Shown here piece by piece: positions 25,822 to 37,648 of a stretch of DNA of 64,000 nt; position 1 is the stretch's first letter; every line of letters starts with the position of its first letter. The position numbers were made by a program, and so were the translations under genes. The notes under the pieces are model-generated. The model was not told the DNA's origin, ran no database searches, and was given only the letters and a program-made list of their open reading frames with translations. The stretch comes from Octopus sinensis. Lineage: Eukaryota. The stretch covers positions 204,476,001 through 204,540,000 of the forward strand of contig NC_042997.1 of the NCBI RefSeq assembly GCF_006345805.1. Direction: 5' to 3'.

Positions 25822-26423
25822 CAAAAAGAAGGTCCTTCCTGAGCCATAGGCTCATAAGGCCAGTTTCCTGGATTCTGTAGCATACAAATTCCTTCACTGG
25901 ATGTGGCTGTGATGTTGGTCTGTGGCAGGACTATTAATTTTTATCAGTTGAGTGCACTAGAGGAACATGAAATGAACATGGTGCATCACCTGGTCCAGGA
26001 ATCAGAACTGCAATCTTATGATCACGAGTGTGACACCTTAAGCACAAAACCATACACCTGCACACACACACATTGTGACATTTATGTTGAAAACTCCTTC
26101 AGTTATATAAACATGAAACAGGCTTCTGCACGATTCTCACCAATCAAATTCACTCACAAAGTACTGGTAGGCCTGGGGTTATATTCAATGTGTCAGTCCC
26201 ACTATACAGCACCTTAGGTCTTCTACAACAGGCATATTCCGACCAATGCTTTGTGAGTGAATTTGCTTGGTACAGAAGAAGCCTATTGCATACCAAAGTA
26301 AACAGGGGAGCTTGGTACAGTCGTTAGGCTCAACAGCTCCTGTAAAACTGTCCAACCCATGCCAGCATGGAAGATTGGAGGTTAAATGATAATGATGATG
26401 ATGATGATGTTATATATATATGT

Positions 26424-26550
26424 AAATAAGAAAATGGAGAAACAAATTTAGTTTGTTCATCAACTTTCGGATATTAGAATGTTGGATTATTTATTCATAA
26501 TATCCGAAAGTTGATGAATAAACTAAATTTGCTTCTCCATTTTCTTATTT
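26424..26550. repeat. near-perfect inverted repeat, 53-bp arms, 21-bp spacer, at the end of a Penelope-related repeat
   Basis: aaataagaaaatggagaaacaaatttagtttgttcatcaactttcggatatta versus taatatccgaaagttgatgaataaactaaatttgcttctccattttcttattt (2 mismatches). Confidence 0.9.
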
Positions 26551-26722
26551 GTATTATAAATTTACGGTAAAAATATTTCTTTACCGTCACCCGTTTAATA
26601 CAATAAATGAGTTAACTGCAGTGCAATTATAAACATTTATGTATTAAGAATCTGGGTACTTTACCAACAGTATATTGGATAAATACTATCCCTTAGTGGG
26701 TTACACCCATAACCCCTATCTT

Positions 26723-26757
<35 letters not shown>

Positions 26758-27503
26758 ACCAGTGAGAATGAGTGCTTAATATTGCATTTAATGGAAATTC
26801 TTTATTCGTGGATTAACAGTGTTACCAATACTTTCATGCAAAAGGTTCAAATTTCTCAAGCGCCTTTAAGAATGTTGGTAATTGCATCCATGTTGGATGA
26901 GACTCTGTGTGAGTGTGTTTGTTTGTGTTTGCTGAACTGCTAAGTTATGGGGATGTAAATATGTCAGTAGTTCAACATCCATTGCCAAAGAGAGGGAGAC
27001 AAACACAAAAACCAGCAACATAATAAATACAATAAATAACCAAACTCGAAATAAGTACTGGGGTCATTTTTTGCAGTTAATCTTAAATGGTGGTGCTCCA
27101 GCATGGCCACATTTAAATGAGTAACACAAGTAAAAGAATAAAGAAAAGACTAGACAATTTAATTCTTCCATTGTTTTTTGACATTATTTCTTTACTAAGC
27201 ATCTCCCAATAACTATTGCACAGGAAGTGGTTACTGGAAGATATTCATAAAAGAAAGCACACAAATGTGGCTTGACATCTGTGAAAAGCCATAATATTAA
27301 TGAACTAATATCAAGAAAATAATATTAACGAAGTAATATTAATGAAGTGCTGTCAGTGAATTCACACTTTTGCAGTTGGGTGTTGACGGGTAAACTGAAT
27401 TTCAATGTCAAGCAGAAGATTTAGGCTGTAATTCTTGTCTGATAGCCAAATATGGTTAGTTGTTTCCTCCTAATAATCTCATATTACCAGGTGCTCTTTA
27501 CAG

Positions 27504-27517
27504 GTCACTATGGCAAC
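27504..27517 (+). promoter_or_regulatory. RFX X-box motif match GTCACTATGGCAAC
   Basis: Exact match to GTHNYYATRRNAAC in unique sequence; about one chance match is expected in a window this size. Confidence 0.3.
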
Positions 27518-28312
27518 GCTACCAACTGATTAACTGAGAGTTGTTAAATATTACAGTTTTCCATATAGAAAAACAAAATCTCTTCTTTACATCACAAAAG
27601 AGAAACAATCATTATCAGACAAATGAATCTACTAAAACTATCGTAAATATATTACGGGCTCTTCTCCTGTTGACCTTTGTAGAAGAGAAAGCAAAACAAA
27701 CCTGGTGTGATTTGTAATCAGAACATAACAGAACATTAGTAGATACTATTACTTAGGCATTCACTTCATAAATGTTAAACTGAGGTTATTATTTTAAAGC
27801 AAGGTAGTGAGCTGGGAGACTCATTAGAGCATTGAACATAATTCTATGCACTATCTATTCTGGCTCTTTACGTTCTGAGTTCAAATCCCACCAAAGTCAA
27901 TTTGTCTTTTATCCTCTCAGGGTCAATAAAATAAAGTACCAGTCAAGTATGGAAGGGTGGTAGTGGCAGTTGGTGGTGTTGACTAATCCTACTCCCCTTA
28001 AAAACTGCTGGCCTTGTGCCAAAATTTAAAACCATCATTTTAGAGCAATCGAGGTGATAAAGTAACAGAACCAGTTATGTATTGGAAAAAAATGCTTTGT
28101 GATATTTATTCTGACAGTTACATCCTGAGTTCAAATCCTACTGAGGTCAACTTTGCCTTTCATCCTATCAAGATCAGTAAAATAAAGTACCAGCCAAGTA
28201 CTGGGATCGATGGCGTTGACTAATCTCTTCCTTTAAAAACTGATCGTTTTGAGCCTTGTTTAAGAGTAAGTTTAAAAATAATAATGGAACAAATAAAGAA
28301 AGGGCGACTTAA

Positions 28313-28532
28313 CCCTTTCGTTACTGTATTTATTTTGAGATGCTCTGTGTTTCTTTCAATTACTTTAACTATAACAAAGAATTTAGTAAAATAACTTAGT
28401 TATCATTCAGCTAGTGTTAAGAACATAAATTGTGACCAAGGTTTGATGGAAGATTTTAATTCAAAACTTATGAAAACAAGACATTTGTATTCAGAACCGG
28501 AACCAATTTCAGCTGGGTTGGTAACGAAAGGG
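28313..28532. mobile_element. piggyBac-type MITE
   Basis: TTAA|CCCTTTCGTTAC ... GTAACGAAAGGG|TTAA; same family at 35148-35371 (opposite orientation), 60161-60382, and truncated at 20075. Confidence 0.9.
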
Positions 28533-30682
28533 TTAATACTGAGAGTGGAGTAAAATTTTAGTTGAGTGGGACTAAGTTTTGCCTATAGCTGATTCAACCA
28601 TATAAATCATATAATAGTGCTAAATGTAAACTCTTTAGCCCTCAGATAAATTTGAGAACCCCCACTGCTCACCTTGGAGTTTAGAACTGCCATGCTTTGA
28701 ATGGAGCAGTGGTCCATGATTAGATGCACCAACGGTGCCTCAGTTAGTGATTAGTAGGTGTACTGATTAACTAGATTCTTGAGTTAGAATTCTGTTATCT
28801 GAGGAAGTGGAATATCTTACAGTGGCTGCCAACACATACAGAGATAATCTTGATAAACTGTTGTGCACTTCTCCAAGAGTATCTTTTTTATCTTACAACA
28901 CAGCAACATTCTCAATGAACCAATAAGAGAGCCTTGACTTGGTAGTTCGGTTTGTTAGAAATAGCAACTAAATCTCTCTAAAATCGCACTCTACTGGATA
29001 GTCATATTGAATAATCAATCTGAGATAAACTGTGTCTGAACAAATGTAGTGAATGCCTCTGAACATAGCTTAGCTTGGCCGGGTCTAAACTGGAGCTACA
29101 TTAATGATAACAACAACAACAATAACGGCAGCAGCAACAAGAGAAAAAGTAATGACAACATTAACAACAACAACAACAACAGCAACAATATCAATGGCTG
29201 CAACAAAAACAGTAACCACAACAACAGCAGCAGCAACAATCATCATATAATGTCAAGACAACGGTACACACACACACACACACACAATAAATACACATAT
29301 ATAAAAAGCACCATCCAATCGTGGCCGTTTGCCAGCCTCGTCTGGAACCTGTGCTGGTGGCACATAAAAAGCACCCACTACACTCTTGGAGTGGTTGGCA
29401 TTAGGAAGAGTATCCAGCCGTAGAAACATTGCCAGATCAGACTGGGCCTGGTGCAGCCTTCTGGCTTCCCAGACCCCAGTTGAACCGTCCAACCCATGCT
29501 AGCATGGAGAATGGACGCTAAATGATGATGATGATGATGATGAACGATAGGACTCCCTCAGTTTCTATTTACCAAATCAAGTAAGGCTTTGATTGGTTCA
29601 GCGCTATAGGAGAAGACACTTGCCTAAGGTGCTACACAATAGAACTAAATCTGAGTCCACATAGTTGCAAAGCAAGCTTCTTAACCTCACATCCACAGTA
29701 TGAGAGGATAATGTTTCTCACTGACTGAGATGACAGAATGAAGATATATTTGTAGCCATCTGTATTGATTAAAGAGACAAAAAAAATGAAAGATGAAAGT
29801 CTGAAGGTCAAACTGTGAAGAATAAATTAGTATGATGTCATTAAAAAAGGTGGAAATCCAGAATTGTTTATTAGAATAAATGTTGTACAGCTATAGCAGT
29901 AAACTTAGAGTAAAAGTATTCTGTAGACTTGAAGATATAAATTGACATGAAAGAGAAATCCTGAGTCCATGAAAACTAAGGATTGTCGGATGATGATTGT
30001 CTGTGTTGACAGTTTGTAAATAATCAAAATTCATTTTTCAAAATCTATGAATTCTCTTATTTCAACTTGTCCCTCTGTAATACTTTAATCTCTCAATGTC
30101 TGCCATAAAGCTACTTCCCTCAATACTGCACCCCAAGGGCATCCAACTATAAAAACTATGCCAAAACATACAGTGAAGCATGGTATAGTCTTCTGCCAAG
30201 CCAACCCCTGTCAAACCATCCAACCATGCCAGCAAGGAAAGTAAACATTAAATGATGGTGATGATGATGATATGTTTAATCATCATTGTCCATTTATCCA
30301 CGCTTGCATGGGTTAGACAGGATTTTTGGAGGCAGATTTTCTATGGCCAGATACCATTCCTGTCGCCAACCCCTACCTGTTTCCAAGCAAGGTAATATTT
30401 TCCATGGCCAGACATATTTTGCATGGATTCCACAGACACATATGTATACCCTAAATGTGATTCTCAAGTAGTATCAGCATGATACGGTTGGCCATTTCAT
30501 TACAAGTACAGTTTATCTGAAAGGCCTCCACACAACTATTGTCAACCCAATTTCACTTGTAAGCCTTGGGTTGACCCCAAGTGATGGTAAGGTCACTTGC
30601 CCAAGATGCCATGCAGAAAAAACAAACCTAAAATCTTATGGCAGAGAAGCAAACTTTGTGATTATTCAGTCTTGCTTACACA

Positions 30683-30715
<33 letters not shown>

Positions 30716-31711
30716 CTATCTATCTTAATATCCCATGGCAACAACCAAGAAATAAGAGAATTCATAGATTTTGAAAAATGAATGAAGACATGTTTTTATT
30801 TTGCATTGATTTCCACAGCTACACTGGATAGCTGCAGGATAGTGATTTGTGTAATTAACTGTGGTAAGGTTAACTGACTTGCTGAACAAATGTTTTGAGT
30901 AAAATATAGTAGAGAGGCATCTTCTAGGTTTCGAACCCTCTCTCTCTCAGATCCCTAGTTTAGGACCCTGTCCTGGCCAGGTTACCATAGAAGCAAAGAT
31001 CAGCTACAATAAATTAACTGTGCTGCTATTAAAGACATTAACACCGACATAAATAATGGTTCAGGCGATCAGATTGGTTTGTAACCAAATAACAATAGTC
31101 TTGAAAGTAAGTTTTGTTGTGAATTTTTCAGTCAAATGGTTTAACCAAAAGTTCTGGAAGCTTGACAAAATGTTATAAAATCCCAACTAGAACAATCTGA
31201 GATGCTACACAGAACCATGTCAATCAGTTTTGTCTAAAGATGTTCTCACTTTTTCAACTTATTCTGTCTTTAATAACTATGAGCAATTTTCATATAAATA
31301 ACTAAAATGAAAACTTTTAACTATCATATTCACAATCTCATGTGATATTTTATGCAAATGGAAATATTCTAGGTAATAAAAAATATGGAAGCTTATGAAA
31401 ATATTAGAGTAGTTGCTCTCATCTTCATATGCACCTTACCAAATACTGTTTATTACCAATGATGAATTAATGACAAAAACCCACTAAAATGATGAGCTCC
31501 AACTATATATTATTGGATTGGGTTGCTTATGTTCAGTTCACTGCAGGATAAAGGTCTCAGCATGTTCTCTCCACACAGTCATGGTCCATTGTGGAGATTG
31601 TGCTTGAGATCAATGCTGGTTTAATTAGTCTACTCTGCTACATTGGCTCAACATGGCTTGGCAGAAGTAGACAGTTTTTTTACTCATTTTCTGGAGTAGC
31701 TAAGCCAATTA

Positions 31712-32616
31712 TTGGGTCATTCCATAAATAATGCAGTTTTATCAATTGCATGAACTAAAAGGTGGAGGGAGACAGGATAAACTACCTGCATCAACTTGCT
31801 ATAAAAGAGGTTAGTAATTTTACCTTGTACTTATTCTTAGTGCAAGTTTTGAAGAGTGCAGTTTGATTTTTAGCAGTTACTATTTCAAAGCTATAATGGA
31901 AGTGACAAAGGAGCATATTCGGCATATTTTGCTTTATGAGTTTAATAAAGGCAATAACGCAATGGAAAGTGCAAGGAATATTAATGCAGTATATGGGGAC
32001 CGAACAATAAACGTAAGACAGTGTCAATAGTAGTTCCAGAAATTCTGAGCCAGAACCTACAGCCTAGAAGACGATCCTCATCCTGGAAGATCTGTAGATC
32101 TTGATGAGGACGTCCTGCAAACCCTGGAACAAAATCCCATCGTAACTATTGAGAACTAGCAGAGGTGCATGGATTTGATCATTCAACCTGTCGTTAAGTC
32201 AGTGCTAGAAGAAAAACAACCATCTTTGGGTTCAAGATGATAGGTTTTCTTCCATCAGGATAATGCTTGGCCACATACAGCAAGGATGACATTCCAAAGA
32301 CTGGAGCAGTTTGAATGGGAAACGATGCCCCACCCACCATATTTGATGGACATTGCCCCATCTGATTATCATTTATTCTGCAGTCTTCAAAATCATTTGG
32401 ATGGAAAAAATATGAATTCTGTAGACAAGGTCAGAACAGTACTGAAGGAGTATTTTTCCTCACAGACGAGTGAATTTTGGAAGAGGGGCCTTTAGATGGA
32501 AGAGCATTGTAGAAAATGAAGGAGAGTATATTTTAGATTCAAAAAGAACTTTGTTTATCTTAATTTTGAAAAATAAAAGAGGTATAAAAAACTGCATTAT
32601 TTATGGGGTGACCATA
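31712..32616 (+). mobile_element. internally deleted mariner transposon (Mos1/SETMAR-like) with TIRs, inserted in a family D SINE
   Basis: TIRs tgggtcattccataaataatgcagtttt / aaaactgcattatttatggggtgacca; N-terminus MEVTKEHIRHILLYEF; HQDNAWPH and HPPY.MDIAPSDYHLF catalytic motifs; TA flanks. Confidence 0.9.
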
Positions 32617-33789
32617 TACATTGACCCCCAGTACTCAACTTGTACTTATTTTATCAATCTCAAAAGGATGAAGGACAAAGTTAGCCTCAGCAGAATTTGA
32701 ACTTAGAACATAAGGATGAATGAAATATCACTAAGCATTTCACCTGGTGGGTTAATGATTTAGGCTTAATGGGGCCAGAGTAAAGGGAAATGTTAAAATA
32801 CCTTGTAATATACAATTCTACAATTATTCTAATAATACATCCTGTTCATTCGCATCTAAAGACTTCATAAACTTTACAAATAGATTTGTGATGTCCCTCC
32901 CCTTATGTAGTTAATATCTCCAAGAAATAACAGCCAAATCTCCCTCTTATTAAATTCTACTGTTTTGAAAAGTGAATATGTATCGGATAATGTAGTCCTA
33001 GGTACACTCTGCCCAAGAATATATGGTGTAGTGGTCATGGCTGGAACATCTTTGATCATAAGTCAGTATGATAAGACTTGCCTAAACATTAACATAAAAA
33101 CAATAACAACATTCCAAAATGTAGTCCTAGATACACATTGCCTGATAGAATAAAGCAGTTGTCATATGTCTGTTTGACAGGACACTGCCTAAACAACAAC
33201 AACAACATCATCAAAAACATGAACAACCATAAGAACAGCAACATCCCATAACATAGTTCCAGGTATACAATACCTGTAACAGGCCAATCACCAGACTTTG
33301 GTGCCTGGGTGCGCTTCAGAATATTCTGGGTGGGCACTAATTTGTAACAATTCTAAAGTGGAGTCACTGAAGAGGAGCAAATCTGAGAGTGCACTATTGA
33401 ATAATTAGGGGACAATGCCATCCAGTGCACTCCCTTAGCAATAGGCATGGCTCAAAAGATATGACATGATGGTCATGGTTGGAATGACTTTTACATGTCT
33501 GCTTGATAAGACTTGTCTAAACAATAACATCAAAAACAACCATAACAACAACATAAAAACTACAACAACCATAACAAATCAAACAATCCTAACAGCAACA
33601 CCCTATAACATAAACCCAAAATGATATTCTTAAAAACTAAGATTCCTCTACAGGACCAGAAACTACTCCATCTCTCCGTACTTATTGAGTCCACAAAGCA
33701 CTAATACATACCACATTAGAGTACACCAGAGTATGTTGGAATATAGCTCAAATAAATCATGGCACAACTGTTGCGCACATACACACACA

Positions 33790-34140
33790 CACACACACAA
33801 GAACATATTAAAAACAACAAATACTCGACTAATAAAGGAGCTGTCATTCAATGTCACATCAATCTACCATCCCCGGCTCATCAATGTGCTCTGTCCTCAC
33901 TCTTCCACTGTTACAACAACAGCTCCTGCTCTTCTACACAATGTCCCATTTTCACCCAAGTACACCTGCTCTTTGTATCATCTCTAATGTATGTCACACT
34001 CACCAAAACCTGAACTGCACATCCTTCTTCCTCTCCTCTTGCCATAATTAAAATCTACAACACTCTCTCTCCCTCTGCACATTTTCTCATACAAATATTA
34101 ATGTGGAAATTCAAGCTAAACATTAAACACCAGCCTCATC
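33790..34140 (+). mobile_element. decayed CR1/L2-clade LINE ORF2 C-terminal remnant
   Basis: LFHCYNN.SCSS...VP and SFF motifs across frames; low similarity. Confidence 0.45.
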
Positions 34141-34281
34141 AATCTGGGATAAACCACATGGGCCATAGGGACTGACCCTCTTCTTTGAACTAAATAATTA
34201 AAAACAAGCAAGCAAGTGACCCAATAACATCACCTTAAAGTGTCATAATGCCTAGTTTTCTAAGAATTTTAATTAGAAAGA

Positions 34282-34634
34282 CTAGCACTATGACCCGGCA
34301 ACGCTGGGTCATAGTGCTAGTGCATGCATATACAGCTGCGTGCGTGCGCACATACACACGAGTACTGTCCAAATCTCCAACCAATCACATACAGCTAGCT
34401 GGCATTCAATTGGCGTATCACGTTTCGGGCATTTTGATTGGGTTTTGGATAGAAAATTCACAAAAAAGTCACTTCTATTGATTTTTTAATGGCTTTGGAG
34501 AAATGTAAAGATGTGCACGACCACCCTTGGACGGTTTTGAATGACCATAGAAAGTGCGAGCCCTCTAACTGAAAAATTGTGGATTTGTATAAAGGACACA
34601 CACGCAGAAATTTTGCTGTTTATATATAGAGAGA
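34282..34634 (-). mobile_element. non-autonomous Helitron, second family, with a long terminal hairpin
   Basis: Minus strand A|TCTCTCTATATATAAAC 5' end, CTAG|T 3' end; 15-bp perfect inverted repeat CTAGCACTATGACCC/GGGTCATAGTGCTAG at 34282-34320. Confidence 0.7.
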
Positions 34635-35147
34635 TAACAACTTTTAGTATTATTTTTGCTTCACTTCTATTGTGCCATACATTAAATATATTAACACAAA
34701 CTTAACTATTGTTTTTCATATGCATGATGTCCCTGAGTTACATATTTTCTAAACAGTATATATTTATTTTATGATTTTTTTTCCTCAGTATTTCAGAAAA
34801 TACAGTGAAGGTAACACTTTACTAATGAGATAACAATATGACCAAAACATGTCTGGAGTTATCTCTCATACATGCTGATATGATCAAAATATCAATAATG
34901 CTTTTTATCTCACGTTATTATTGAACATTTTTTTCTATGCTCCCTGCGTTACAAGAAATGTGTTAAAACTCATAACTTGACTAACATAGTAATAATGTTG
35001 TTCTCTATATACAGTATGTATAGATGCTTACAGTAAAAGGAATACATATCAGTAGGTGTTTTACTCTCAATGTCTGAATGATAAGAAAGAAAAAGGAAGA
35101 AAATGCTAGAAGTGAATCATCTTCTAGAGAAAGATACCAATGATTAA

Positions 35148-35371
35148 CCCTTTTGATACTAACCCGCCTGGAACTGTCTCTGGCTCTGTAGCACAAATGT
35201 CTTATTTTCAAAAATTCTGCTTCAAAATCTTCCACCAAACCTTAGTCACAATTTATGTTCCTAACACTAGCTGAATGATAACTTAGCTATTTTACTAAAT
35301 TCTTTGTTATATTTAAAATTAATTGAGAGAGAGACACAGAGCATCTCAACATAAAAATGGTAATGAAAGGG
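35148..35371. mobile_element. piggyBac-type MITE
   Basis: TTAA|ccc...ggg|TTAA; reverse-orientation homologue of 28313-28532. Confidence 0.85.
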
Positions 35372-36002
35372 TTAAATAACAGAAAATGCCACCAGAAAAA
35401 TACTGAAAATCGTGATGCAGTATTGTCATTATAGCAGAAAATCAGTTTCAGAATAGCAAAGAGAAAGTGGAATGAATTGCTAAATCTAAAGAGTAACTGA
35501 TTTCTCATTCAAACCATTAGGAATATCAGACAACACACACACACACACACTCGTGCTGATATATACATGTACATGTCTATATGTGATGGTATGTGAACGT
35601 ATACGCCTATAACAGCTATATACTTCATCATATTCTATTTCAGGTGTGGAGCAATCCCAGCTTTTACAGCTCTTTACTGCTATATTTTCTCAATACATTT
35701 CAGTTGTATGATGATGAACAGTCAGGTACAGAGAGAAGATAAAAGAAAGTTCTGTTTCATGCTATAAATACTAGGAAACAGGCGTTGTTCTCGAATGTTC
35801 TGAAACTTCTAAACTAAAATATCTCTTACTGATGTAATGGTGAGATTCTCATTCTTCATTTGGATACTGAGCCAATTAGATGTAATCGTACACACAGACA
35901 ATATACATACGAATATAATGTGTGTATGTGTGTGTTTATATATATATATATATATATTACAATCACAGACATACATACATATACATGCATGCATACATAC
36001 AC

Positions 36003-36047
<45 letters not shown>

Positions 36048-36249
36048 TTTATATATACATATATACATATATTTATATATACATATATATAGATATATGC
36101 ATATACAGTAACAGGGAGTTTCTTTATGAAAAATATCAGATGTGTTTTTTCAAAGGCATAAGGCCTAATCATAATTGTTATAAAATCAATCTCTAAATCA
36201 CTGCAAACTATTTTTACTTCATATTGTATATTTTCTGAATCGATTAAAT

Positions 36250-36750
36250 GAATGACACAGGAACTTCAGATCAAAGCAGAGAATGAGATTCTTGTGAACG
36301 TTTTAGTTAGGGATTTCAAGATGACCAGAAGAAGAGACATCCAGAACAATGTAGAGGCTGCTAAGAAAGCGTCAAGATCAGGGGTTCTCAACCAGGGTCT
36401 ATGTAAGATTTTGTTAGAAATTATGTGCAATAAACTGGTTATACGTCAACAATACACAAAATATTTTATTTTTCTCTACAATTCCTAATAATATTTCATT
36501 CCAAAAATATTATAGGAATTTTTAAACAATGAACGGCCAGGAGGGTCCAGCAAGGAAAATATGTAAAAAAATGGTTGAGAATCGCTGCTCTGGATGGTTC
36601 TGGCAGAAAAGAGGTGATTTGTGGGGTAAGTAGAAAGATGCCACTTGTATACAGGTCTAGGCTTGATTAACCAGGGTCAGCTTGTGTGTTTTAAGACCAG
36701 AAAGACCCAGTGACCACAAGATACAACACTGATGAGGTGTCCGAGTTTTA
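36250..36750 (+). mobile_element. HERO-like RLE LINE 3' remnant interrupted by a hAT MITE
   Basis: Removing the MITE joins ...NNVEAAKKASR to WFWQKRGDLW, resembling the AE.ASRWLW.KR.D.W C-terminus; 3' UTR-like gacc.gaaa.accc.gtgacc...cactgatga.gtgtcc. Confidence 0.5.
36379..36587. mobile_element. hAT-type MITE
   Basis: CAGGGGTTCTCAACC ... GGTTGAGAATCGCTG termini; decayed 8-bp flanks gtcaagat / ctctggat. Confidence 0.8.
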
Positions 36751-37185
36751 TATTTATAGATGTATGTTGAAATAGCAATTTGGTATACAATGAGTTCTCT
36801 TACTTTCGTTATTGACTGTAAATCTGAAAAGTTGTGGTATAAAATAGAAGAATGCTGGACTTGGCTTAGTGTTGAGTCAGGTTAGGGTCTCTATGATTTG
36901 GGCTAATTCTGAGTTTAAAATGCAGTTCAAAGGGCTACAAACACCAGACAATGCTCATTAATATATGTTCTGGCTTGTAATGCCCTGAGTTGAAATTCTG
37001 CTATGGTCAACTTCTGGGGTCAATAAAATAAAGTACCAGTCTATCAGATAACCCCCATCCCTTAGATATTTCTGACTTTGTGTCTAAATTAGAAACATTA
37101 TACAATATATAATAAACAGTTGAGAATATGGTTTCAATTCTTGTGTGAAGGATTTCATTTGTATTATTAAAAGTGTTGGATTTAA

Positions 37186-37386
37186 CTATTTAGCTTTCAG
37201 ATTATCCTGTCAAATGTAATCCTTATTTATTCACAATGTTTTGAATTAATCATGCATTATCTCATAGCTTTGAGATTTCAATGAAGTGATTATTTTTAGA
37301 ATGATATTGCAGGGTAGGTGTAAGAGGTTGGATCTTCTGGTTTGAACTTAAAACATATAGATATAACCAGTTTAAATGCTAAAGGG
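37186..37386. mobile_element. piggyBac-type MITE, second family
   Basis: TTAA|ctatttagctttcag ... tttaaatgctaaaggg|TTAA. Confidence 0.7.
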
Positions 37387-37593
37387 TTAAATTCGGTGAG
37401 GCCCCAAAATAATATAAAGCTTGGAGGATCCTTCTTATAAAAGAAAATTTGCATCAGAAGATCTCATCAATACTGAAAACGTATATTCCTTTTAATTATT
37501 GCAAGGCCAGCCCTAAGCTGTAGTTTGTTTAACTTATGCCTAAATCTAGCCTTGGTTACTAAAGCTCTTGAATAATATACAAGCATCACTAGT

Positions 37594-37648
37594 TAGTCAT
37601 TGCCCTGCATGACAAAGCTCAGGCTCTGTGCCAATGCAGGGCAACAGC
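37594..37648 (-). ncRNA. candidate pre-miRNA hairpin (55 nt)
   Basis: 11-bp perfect core TTGCCCTGCAT/ATGCAGGGCAA extended by G-U pairs on the minus strand; 22-nt 5p arm, 12-nt loop, 21-nt 3p arm with a 2-nt overhang. Confidence 0.4.

Noticed and set aside
35645-35730. plus-strand exon VWSNPSFY...LYDDEQS
   Set aside because: Opposite to the inferred strand in this half of the window and unsupported by neighbouring plus exons.
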